IMG/VR virus record: IMGVR_UViG_3300032233_002986
Span: 1 to 32,995 of that record
Direction: 5' to 3' (one strand)
DNA length: 32,995 bases
From: a virus
Lineage: Duplodnaviria > Caudoviricetes
In this document: positions 18,413-27,000 of the stretch, piece by piece
Layout: the number at the start of each line of letters is the position of its first letter
How positions within the stretch are numbered: the stretch's first letter is position 1
Translations under genes and position numbers: made by a program
The notes under the pieces: model-generated
Database searches by the model: none
The model's input: the letters and a program-made list of their open reading frames with translations, nothing else
Told to the model about the DNA's origin: nothing

Positions 18413-19128
18413 AAGTTGCTATTTCATTTTTTGGAACAGGAAATTATTTAAATTTTCTTCCAAATTGGTATGAGTCTATTCAAGATAATTTTCTTCCAGG
18501 AGTAGAAAAAAAGTTTATTGTATTTACTGATGGAGAAGGTGATTTTCCAGAAGATGTGACTAAAATAGAAACAGAACATTTTGGGTGGCCTGATGTTTTT
18601 TATAAAACGTTTGAAACAATTTTAAAAGCAAAAGATATCATCAGTGAATGCGATTGGTTTGTATCTATTGATGCTGATATGATAGTCAAACAATTTGTTT
18701 CTGTTGAAGAATTTTTAGATGATTCAAAAGATTATATTGGTGTCCATCATCCTTGTGCTTATTTGAAACTTAATCCTCATGATAAGTTTCCAGGATCTTT
18801 TGATGTCAATCCACTATCAAATGCTTGCATTACAGAAGATATGGATACTTCTGTTTATTATCAGGGGTGTTTGTGGGGTGGTAGAGTTCCAAAAATTATT
18901 GAAATGATGGAACTTTTAGACCAATGGACAAAAGAAGATAAAGAAAAAAATACCACACCAGTGTGGTATGAAGAATCATATTTCAATAAATTCTTCATTA
19001 CAAATAAAGATAAAGTACATACACTTTCTCCATCATTTGCTTATCCAGAAGATTTTAAACAATATTGTGATTTTGAAGAAAAAATTACACATATCTCTAA
19101 AAATAATCAACAATATCATAATCAATAA
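18409..19128 (+). CDS. GT6-family glycosyltransferase (alpha-1,3-Gal/GalNAc transferase-like)
   Basis: GTGNYL.F, NFLPG, VFTD, WP, IDADM (DXD), HP, YYQGCLWGG, WYEESYFNK. Confidence 0.88.
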   Translation: MKVAISFFGTGNYLNFLPNWYESIQDNFLPGVEKKFIVFTDGEGDFPEDVTKIETEHFGWPDVFYKTFETILKAKDIISECDWFVSIDADMIVKQFVSVEEFLDDSKDYIGVHHPCAYLKLNPHDKFPGSFDVNPLSNACITEDMDTSVYYQGCLWGGRVPKIIEMMELLDQWTKEDKEKNTTPVWYEESYFNKFFITNKDKVHTLSPSFAYPEDFKQYCDFEEKITHISKNNQQYHNQ

Positions 19129-19130
19129 CT

Positions 19131-19907
19131 ATGACTAAAAATTTATCAGTTTACTATCATATTTGGAGTCCTGGTGGAACGGATCTTTGGAAATTGATGG
19201 TAGACGAACAACTTAAAAGAATTTATCGCAGTGGTCTTCCAGAAAGTGCTTCTATTTACTGTGCAATCAATGGACCACAAGCAAACCGAATTGCTGAATA
19301 CATTTCCATTTATGATTGGATAAGTATTCTTGATGTTTGTATTGATGAAAGTGAATACGAAGGATTTACTTTAAAAAGAGCATACGAAGAATCACATTTC
19401 AATCCAGATTTAAAAGCAGTTGCTTATCTTCATACAAAAGGCATTAGTCATATGTGTGGAGTTCGGGATCACTATTCTGATCGTAAGTTTAGAGCAGTGA
19501 ATAGTTGGAGGCATCAAATGGAGTGGGGAATTCTTGATCGTTGGGAAGAAGCAGTAGAGAAACTTGACGAATATCAAGTTTCTGGTGTAAATTATTGTTT
19601 AGATCCTTGGCCCCATATGAGTGGAAACTTTTGGTGGGCACGAGCAGATTATATTAAAACTTTAATTCATCCTACAAGAGATAGATTTCCAAATGACAAT
19701 AAAGATTTTGGACCAATTCAAAGAATGAATTATGAAAAGTGGATTGGATTGAATAATCCAAAATGTTTCAGTTTTTATAATGCTCCATTTAGTTATGATT
19801 TTAAAGGAATGATACCAGATGTACAACCAACTCCTCCAGGAGAACCACATTGGTTCTGGTTGTATAGAGACGACATTGAACCCTATTATAGAAAGGAAGG
19901 TAATTGA
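19131..19907 (+). CDS. Uncharacterised glycan-locus protein (putative GT-A glycosyltransferase)
   Basis: YYHI, YEGFTL, YLHTKG, WR..M, HMSGNFWWA pattern; context between glycosyltransferases. Confidence 0.55.
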   Translation: MTKNLSVYYHIWSPGGTDLWKLMVDEQLKRIYRSGLPESASIYCAINGPQANRIAEYISIYDWISILDVCIDESEYEGFTLKRAYEESHFNPDLKAVAYLHTKGISHMCGVRDHYSDRKFRAVNSWRHQMEWGILDRWEEAVEKLDEYQVSGVNYCLDPWPHMSGNFWWARADYIKTLIHPTRDRFPNDNKDFGPIQRMNYEKWIGLNNPKCFSFYNAPFSYDFKGMIPDVQPTPPGEPHWFWLYRDDIEPYYRKEGN

Positions 19908-19908
19908 T

Positions 19909-20631
19909 ATGACTTTTGGATGCTTTCATACAGTATATGAAAACAAAAGAGCAACAGAGTTTATTTTACAAGAGTTTAGAAAATTTTATCCAGATGCTCC
20001 TTATACTTTAATTTGTGATGGTGGAGTAGATTACTCTGATCTTGCTACAAAATATAATTGCAAATATATTCATTCGTATATGCATATTGGCAGAAGAAAT
20101 TCTGGGGATCCTTCTGGAATTTATGGATTTACAAAAGATGAAAGTCTTCATTGGATTCATATGTTTAGAGAGGCAGCAAGACACGTTAAAGAGAATGGTG
20201 GAACACATATGATTATGATGGAAGATGATGTTCTTACTCAAGGTGAAGTAAAAATTAATCCAATTTGGGAATGTGCTGGATTTGATGTTCCAGGAAATAA
20301 AATTGCTCCTGCTCTTTTAAAGTTTATTGAAGAAAAGTATAATGCAAAACCAAATGTTGATTGGTATGGTGCTGGTGGTGGAACCATTTATAATATTGAA
20401 ACATTTTTAAATAACTATCATAAAATCTATGATTTTATTGACTTTGATTTTGAAAACATTCTAGAAAATATGGATTATAGATTTGGTTGGTTGGATCTTT
20501 ATATGCAAATTGCTTATTTTGTAATTGGTAAACATTATTCAATTAATACAAATTTAACTGAAGTTTGGAAAACACCAAACTTTAGAGATAGTGAATTTAC
20601 TCTTGTTCATGCTTATAAGGAATTATACTGA
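19909..20631 (+). CDS. Putative GT-A glycosyltransferase
   Basis: 'LICDGG.DY', 'MMEDDV' DXD-like motif. Start moved to ATG 19909, 1 nt after the upstream stop. Confidence 0.6.
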   Translation: MTFGCFHTVYENKRATEFILQEFRKFYPDAPYTLICDGGVDYSDLATKYNCKYIHSYMHIGRRNSGDPSGIYGFTKDESLHWIHMFREAARHVKENGGTHMIMMEDDVLTQGEVKINPIWECAGFDVPGNKIAPALLKFIEEKYNAKPNVDWYGAGGGTIYNIETFLNNYHKIYDFIDFDFENILENMDYRFGWLDLYMQIAYFVIGKHYSINTNLTEVWKTPNFRDSEFTLVHAYKELY

Positions 20632-21608
20632 TGAAAATTGCATTTATTGGACCTGGAATTATGCCCATTCCTCCTGATGGATGGGGAGCAGTTGAATCTT
20701 TAATTTGGGAAATTGCTTGTGAACTTGGAGAAATGGGTCATAGTGGGACAATTATTAATGATCCAAATTTGAATGAAATTATTAAAACAGTCCAACAAGA
20801 TGAGTACGATTTCATTCATTTATTTTATGATGTTTTTCACCCAATTATGGATGAGATTAAAAAGTTATGTCCCAAATCTATAACTGCGATTAGTAGTGCT
20901 TATCCTTATGTGGATCAATTTCAATTTCATCAAAGAGATGGATATGATAAAACATATAAGTGGTTGATTGAACAAAAAAATCATTATAATTTTTGTTTGT
21001 CTGACAAAGATTCTGAAACATTTAAAAGAGGTGGAGCAGACGAATCAAAACTTTTGAGACTTGGACTTGGTGCTCAACATAAGAATTTTAAATTTAATGT
21101 TGAATGTGAAAAACCAAATAAAACTTTATACATGGCAAAAATTGAAGTTAGAAAACGTCAATGGGTCTATCAATCAATTGATAGTATTGAGTTTGTTGGT
21201 AGATATTCTCCCACAACTACATTTGATAAACTTCACAAAAGTTATATTGGAGAGTGGACAACAGAACAAAAACATGAAAATGTAACCAAGTATGCAAATT
21301 TACTTCTTCTTTCTGATGGTGAAAATGGAACTCCGCTCGTAATTAAAGAAGCACTTGTTTCTGGTATCGGTGTGGTTTGTTCTAAGTATGCTGCTTATGA
21401 TTTGGATCATAATCTTCCATTTATTACAGTTGTTCCTGATGATAAATTAAATGACTTGAATTATGTGAGTAATGCAATTAAAGAAAATCGTGAAGTATCT
21501 GTAAACATGCGACAGCAAATTCGTGAATATGGTGTGAATAATTTTTCTTGGGAGAATATTGTAAAACCTTATATTCAAACTATTGAAAAATTGGAGAGTT
21601 CTCAGTGA
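20631..21608 (+). CDS. GT4-family glycosyltransferase
   Basis: PIPPDGWGAVE; LLSDGENGTPLVIKEALVSG (Ex7-8E motif); FSWE. Confidence 0.85.
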   Translation: MKIAFIGPGIMPIPPDGWGAVESLIWEIACELGEMGHSGTIINDPNLNEIIKTVQQDEYDFIHLFYDVFHPIMDEIKKLCPKSITAISSAYPYVDQFQFHQRDGYDKTYKWLIEQKNHYNFCLSDKDSETFKRGGADESKLLRLGLGAQHKNFKFNVECEKPNKTLYMAKIEVRKRQWVYQSIDSIEFVGRYSPTTTFDKLHKSYIGEWTTEQKHENVTKYANLLLLSDGENGTPLVIKEALVSGIGVVCSKYAAYDLDHNLPFITVVPDDKLNDLNYVSNAIKENREVSVNMRQQIREYGVNNFSWENIVKPYIQTIEKLESSQ

Positions 21609-22558
21609 AAATCTGTATTATTGGTCCTGGTTTTTCGCAGATCCCACCAGTTGGTTGGGGTGCGGTTGAAATTGTAATTTGGGATACAGTAAATGCCCTA
21701 AAAGAATTAGGTCATCAAGTAGATATCATTAACACTACAAATCCACAAGAAATTATTGGAACAATTAATCAAATCAATCCTGATTTTGTTCACGTTCATT
21801 ATGATGATTATGTGTTCTTATATCCATATATTCAGTTTCCAAAAGCAATTACAACACATTATGGTTATCTAGAAAGACCAGAAATGTATGGTGGATATTC
21901 ATATAAAGCAAATGGATTTGCAAACATCAAACCAAATGTATTTGCTTTATCGGAGGGGATTAAAAATATCTACCAAAATCAAATGAGAATACCCGAGAAT
22001 AACTTATATGTTGTTCCAAATGGTGTAACCAATGATAAATTTAAATTTACTGATGCTCCAAAATTTCCAGATAGAAGCATCTATCTTGCAAAAGTAGATT
22101 ACAGAAAACGTCAGTGTTTATTTCAAAATATCCCATCAATTTATTATGCTGGAAATATTGTAGATGAGAGATTTGATGTAAATAAAAATTATCTTGGTGA
22201 ATGGTCAAAAGAAGATTTATATAATAATTTAACTGATTATGCAAATCTTATTTTACTTTCTGATGGTGAAGCACATCCACTGGTTTGTATGGAAGCACTT
22301 GCTGCTGGATTGGGACTTGTAATTTCTGAATGGGCAACTGCTAATTTGGATTTGAATAAAGATTTTATCACAGTCATTCCAGAAAGTAAGATTATTGATT
22401 TGGATTATGTGTCATCAAAAATTGAAGAAAATAGAACTATATCTTTACAAAAAAGAAATGAAATAGTAGAATACGCAAAAGAATTTGCTTGGAAAAAGCA
22501 AATTGAAACTTACTATATCCCAGCTGTAAAAAAAGTTATACAAAAATCTAATGGATAA
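21605..22558 (+). CDS. GT4-family glycosyltransferase (paralogue)
   Basis: IPPVGWGAVE, VVPNGV, LLSDGEAHPLVCMEALAAG, FAW. Confidence 0.87.
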   Translation: MKICIIGPGFSQIPPVGWGAVEIVIWDTVNALKELGHQVDIINTTNPQEIIGTINQINPDFVHVHYDDYVFLYPYIQFPKAITTHYGYLERPEMYGGYSYKANGFANIKPNVFALSEGIKNIYQNQMRIPENNLYVVPNGVTNDKFKFTDAPKFPDRSIYLAKVDYRKRQCLFQNIPSIYYAGNIVDERFDVNKNYLGEWSKEDLYNNLTDYANLILLSDGEAHPLVCMEALAAGLGLVISEWATANLDLNKDFITVIPESKIIDLDYVSSKIEENRTISLQKRNEIVEYAKEFAWKKQIETYYIPAVKKVIQKSNG

Positions 22559-23354
22559 AAATAAATCAACCTATAAACTTCAAGGTATTGGTCCAATTTA
22601 TTACCTCAATCTTGATGGACAACCAGAAAGAAAAGATTATATGGAAAACCAATTTAAATATTGGGAAATTGAAAATTATACTCGTATTTCTGCTTATGAT
22701 GGTAGAACTGATGATTTGAGTGATATTATTTCTGGACGTTATCCAGATAATATGATTTCTGGTGAAATTGGTTGTACTACATCTCATTTGAAAGCAATTA
22801 AGCATTGGATGGAAACATCAGATAGTCCATATGCAATTATTATGGAAGACGATGTGGATTTGGATTTAATCAAAAATTGGGATTTTACTTGGAAAGATTT
22901 TTATTCATTAATTCCTTATGATTGGGATGTAGTGCAACTTGCTATTATTTGTACTGGACCTTTACATATCAAACTTCATAAAAGATTTGTAAATAATTTT
23001 TCTACTGCTGCTTATATGATTACTCGTCATCACGCAGAAAAACTTTTAAAGTTTCATATTCGTGGTGATAAGTACAAACTTGATAATGGAAGTAGACCAA
23101 GAGCAGTTGCAGATGATTTGATCTATAATTCTGGAAATACTTATTCTATTCCTTTACTTCTTTATAAAATTAAACTTGGTTCTTCAATTCATCCAGATCA
23201 CGTTGATGCTATTCATAGAGCAAGTTATGAAGGACTTCTTAACTTTTGGTCTCAAAATGGTGCAGGATTAAAAATTAAAGAATTGATGGATTATGATCCG
23301 TATTTGGGAAGAATTACTGAAAATGTTCCTGAACCACAACAAAATCCTTCTTGA
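22551..23354 (+). CDS. GT25-family glycosyltransferase
   Basis: YYLNLD...ER, RISAYDG, GEIGCTTSH, IIMEDDV, STAAYMIT...A.KL. Confidence 0.88.
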   Translation: MDKNKSTYKLQGIGPIYYLNLDGQPERKDYMENQFKYWEIENYTRISAYDGRTDDLSDIISGRYPDNMISGEIGCTTSHLKAIKHWMETSDSPYAIIMEDDVDLDLIKNWDFTWKDFYSLIPYDWDVVQLAIICTGPLHIKLHKRFVNNFSTAAYMITRHHAEKLLKFHIRGDKYKLDNGSRPRAVADDLIYNSGNTYSIPLLLYKIKLGSSIHPDHVDAIHRASYEGLLNFWSQNGAGLKIKELMDYDPYLGRITENVPEPQQNPS

Positions 23355-23397
23355 CAAGTCTTTAGATTTGCTATATAATTCTGTAATGTTTCGTAAC
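23351..23397 (+). promoter_or_regulatory. Sigma70 promoter of the hli operon with adjacent HLR1-like box
   Basis: TTGACA (23351-23356)-17 nt-TATAAT (23374-23379). Bases 23380-23397 read GTTACGAA-AC-ATTACAGA on the - strand. Confidence 0.75.
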
Positions 23398-23408
23398 AAA
23401 ACGAAAAA

Positions 23409-23618
23409 ATGACTGTAACGACTAATGAGTTCGGGCAACAAAATATGTTTGCTAAAGAACCCACGATGTATATCTCTGATGCTGATGCCATTAAATATGG
23501 CATGATGACTCATAACGAACGTGCAGAGCTTGCCAACGGAAAATTTGCAATGCTTGGATTTGTTGCCGCAATTATATCTTATGCGACAACAGGACACCTC
23601 TTTTTTGGTGTCTTCTGA
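23409..23618 (+). CDS. hli: High-light-inducible protein
   Basis: 'NMFAKEP' N-terminus and chlorophyll-binding helix 'AELANGKFAMLGF'. Confidence 0.93.
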   Translation: MTVTTNEFGQQNMFAKEPTMYISDADAIKYGMMTHNERAELANGKFAMLGFVAAIISYATTGHLFFGVF

Positions 23619-23704
23619 TGTCCGAAGTTATTTTTACTATTACTAGTGTTGCCTTCTTTGTGCTTCTTTCACATTCAATCAATCAACTTTCAGAAACTTA
23701 CTAA
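23618..23704 (+). CDS. 28-aa hydrophobic microprotein (MSEVIFTITSVAFFVLLSHSINQLSETY)
   Basis: TGATG coupling to the hli stop; one predicted TM helix; ends just before the RBS of the second hli. Confidence 0.6.
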   Translation: MSEVIFTITSVAFFVLLSHSINQLSETY

Positions 23705-23716
23705 CGGAGAACTAAA

Positions 23717-23836
23717 ATGAAATTCGGATTTACCCCTGAGGCAGAACTTCTTAATTCTCGTCTCGCAATGCTTGGGTTTGTAATCGCAGTTGGAACTTAT
23801 CTCACTACTGGGCAACTAGTTCCTGGAGTGTTTTAA
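23717..23836 (+). CDS. hli: High-light-inducible protein, 39 aa
   Basis: MKFGFTPEAELLNSRLAMLGFVIAVGTYLTTGQLVPGVF, with ExxNxRxAM and TGQxxPG motifs; GGAG RBS at 23706-23709. Confidence 0.92.
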   Translation: MKFGFTPEAELLNSRLAMLGFVIAVGTYLTTGQLVPGVF

Positions 23837-23865
23837 AACACTAACACAAATAAGTAATCATACCT

Positions 23866-23898
23866 ATCCCCACTCTAAATATGAGTGGGGATTTTTTT
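23866..23898 (+). terminator. Rho-independent terminator
   Basis: ATCCCCACTC-TAAATAT-GAGTGGGGAT followed by a T-run. Confidence 0.85.
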
Positions 23899-23918
23899 AT
23901 TCACAAAAGAACTTTCAG

Positions 23919-23996
23919 ATGGTCTATCATATTCTTGAAACTTATTTTGTGATTGGTATTATTGTTTTCATAATTAATACTGCAACTTATAAATGA
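23919..23996 (+). CDS. Possible 25-aa hydrophobic microprotein (MVYHILETYFVIGIIVFIINTATYK)
   Basis: Short ORF read directly; TM-like; weak RBS. Confidence 0.3.
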   Translation: MVYHILETYFVIGIIVFIINTATYK

Positions 23997-24018
23997 AAAA
24001 TAGTCGAGTATAGTGTAT

Positions 24019-24026
24019 AATAAATA
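24019..24026 (+). promoter_or_regulatory. T4-type late promoter
   Basis: AATAAATA (1 mismatch to TATAAATA) about 30 nt upstream of the large structural gene. Confidence 0.55.
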
Positions 24027-24056
24027 CTTGATAATGAAAAAAGATGATTATAGTTA

Positions 24057-27000
24057 ATGGAAATTTTTAAGAAGTCTATCAAGTATTCTAAACCTTTAAA
24101 GGATTTAGATAACAAGATAAAAAAACTTGATGAAAAACTTAAAAATACTGGAGTCATTGATATTGAAGATGACTCTGAAATTTTGTGCATTCAAGAAATT
24201 TCTTCTGAAAAATTACCAAAAATATATGATAAAGTAGAAGTTCGGAAAGAAGAAGGAATTTCGTATAATTGGAGAGAATCTTTTCTTGCAGAAGAAACTG
24301 ATGATGAACCTGTAGTAGAAGATGAGACCTATCATAAAACTATAGGTAGAGTTGAAAGTTATATTTCTGAAAGTAATAAAGAACTGATTGAAATAAGAGA
24401 CCAAGTATTTCAAGAAATTTCCGAATCTACATTATTAAATCTTCCAGAAATCAAATGCAAGATTGAGAAAGTATTGAAAATTTATGATCAACTACAGGAG
24501 GGTTTATTAAATGAGCCACCTGAAACTCAAAACTCTGATCCTCTAACTCCACTCAATCAAAAGTTTGTAACTACTGAAGATTTAAATAAGCATTATTCAT
24601 TATTTGTCAATCGTATTCAGGAACAACTCTCAACTCTTGGGGGTGGTGGAGAAACTCGTTTAAAATATCTTGATGATATTGTAGGTATTGCTACAAATGC
24701 AAGTGCTTATGGTGGCAAGTATTTACAATGGAACTCTACAACCAATAAAGCAGAGTTTGTGTTTGTAAGTGGTAGTGATTATGCATCAACGGCAGGTATA
24801 TCAACTGTTGCACAAGGTCTTACAGGAACACCTAATATTTCTGTTGGATTTGTAACTGCTTCACAATTGCAAGTTAATGGTGGTGGAAATTTCACCGGTA
24901 TAGTAACAGCATCATCATTCTCCGGTAATGCATCATCAGCAACTTATGCTACAACAGCAGGAATTTCCACTTATGCTACTAATGCTGGTGTTTCTACATC
25001 AGTTATAGGTGGTATTGGATCTGTTACTCAACTCAATGTTTCTGGTAATCTTGGCATAGGAACAGTTGGAATTAATTCAGTATTCTCAACAACTGATATT
25101 CAATCTTGGTATTATACCAACAAATCAAAATCAGTATCTGGTGATGATGGAACACCACAAGGAGTTTATGTTGGTGCAGCAGGAACTACAATGTTTATTG
25201 TTGGTGATGCTAACAATAGAATTATACAATATGCTCTTTCAACACCTTATGATGTAAGTACTGCTGGTGTTGCTGTTACATATTTTTCCACTGCATTACA
25301 AGAAACTGTTCCTACTGGAATTGATTTTGATCCAACTGGAACAAAAATGTTTGTTTCTGGAACTACTGGTGTTGCTCCACTGATTGTTGGTGGTGATTAT
25401 GTTCATGAATATTCATTATCAACTGCTTGGACTGTTTCCAGTGCTGGATACACAACAAGTTATAATGTAACAGCACAAGATAATACTCCACAAGGAGTTA
25501 CTTTTGGTGATAGTGGTTCCAAGATGTATGTTGTTGGTAATACAAATGATACTGTTTATCAATATTCACTTTCTACACCATACAGTCTTGCTTCTGGTGT
25601 AACTTATGATAATATTTCACTGGTTTTAGGAACAAATCCACTACTATTAGAAACTAACCCAAGTGATATTTCATTCAATTCCACAGGAACTGTATTATGG
25701 GTTTCTGGAAGTTCAAATGATAGAATTTATGAATTCCGTTTAGGAACTGCTTGGGATATTTCTACTGCTGTATTTTATGATGATGTTTATATTGGATTTA
25801 ATGAACTTTTAGTAACTGGAATTCAAGTCATACCAGGACAGAATATTGCTTATATTGTTGGTTCTAACAGTGATACTGTATTCCAATATTCAACAAAGAC
25901 ACCAGCAATTGAGATTGCTTCCAGTGGTATTTCAAGTGAGACTTCAATTGTTCTGAATAATGAAACCAGAGTAAAAGATAAGTTATATGTAAAAGGACTT
26001 GCACATTTTGATAGTAATGTTCTTGCACAAGGAAGTTTGACAGTTGATAATGCCATAACAATATCAGCAGGTTCATTAACTGTTTCTGGTGGTACTATTA
26101 CAGCAGGTAACAATGCTGCAGGTTTGCTTAATGGTAATACTGGGACTAACATTACTATGGCAAATGGCCAAACCACAGGAACTTTTTCTCTTGGTGGTGC
26201 TACCCAAACTGGTACTATGTCTGTTGGATTATCAACAGCATCACAAATCACCAACATTCAGGCAGGTGCTAATGCATCTGCAACAACCAAGACAATCAAC
26301 CTTGGTACTGGTGGTCTTTCTGGTTCCCTTACTCAAATCAACATCGGTCCAACTGCTGGTGTTGGTACTGTTGTTATTAACTCTGGAACTAATCTTGGTA
26401 TAGGAACCACAAATCCAACATCAAAACTTACAGTTATTGGTGATGCATCTATCAGTGGTTTAACAACAACCAATAACTTATATGTTGCTGGTGTAGGAAC
26501 TTTCTTATCATCAGGATTAAATATAAGAAACCCAGCAAACACTTTTGGTTATACAATTGCTGGTGATGCAATTGCTGCTGGTTATACTCTCACATTACCA
26601 GTCATCACAGCAAATACTGGCATTGCAGTAACTGGTTTAGCACAAACATTTACTGCATTACAAACATTTGCTGGTGGTGCAACAATTTCTACAGGTGCTA
26701 TTGTACATACTGCAACTGGAAGTAACTTTACTGCATCTTCATATACAATAGGAACAGTTACAATTGGTGGTCCATCACAAACTGGTGGGATTACTTTAGG
26801 GCAATCAACCGTATCACAAATAGTAGGTATTGCTACTGGTGTTTCTGGTGTAGGAACAACCAAGACAATCAACCTTGGTACTGGTGGTGCTTCTGGATCC
26901 TTTACCCAAATCAATATTGGACCAACTGCTGGTGTCGGTACTGTTGTGATTAACTCTGGAACTAACTTATTAGTAGGAACCACAACACCAACAGGAACAG

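Noticed and set aside
4939-23354. Stop-codon reassignment or programmed frameshifts
   Set aside because: Genes are full length under the standard code, and both TAA and TGA are used as stops at coupled junctions.
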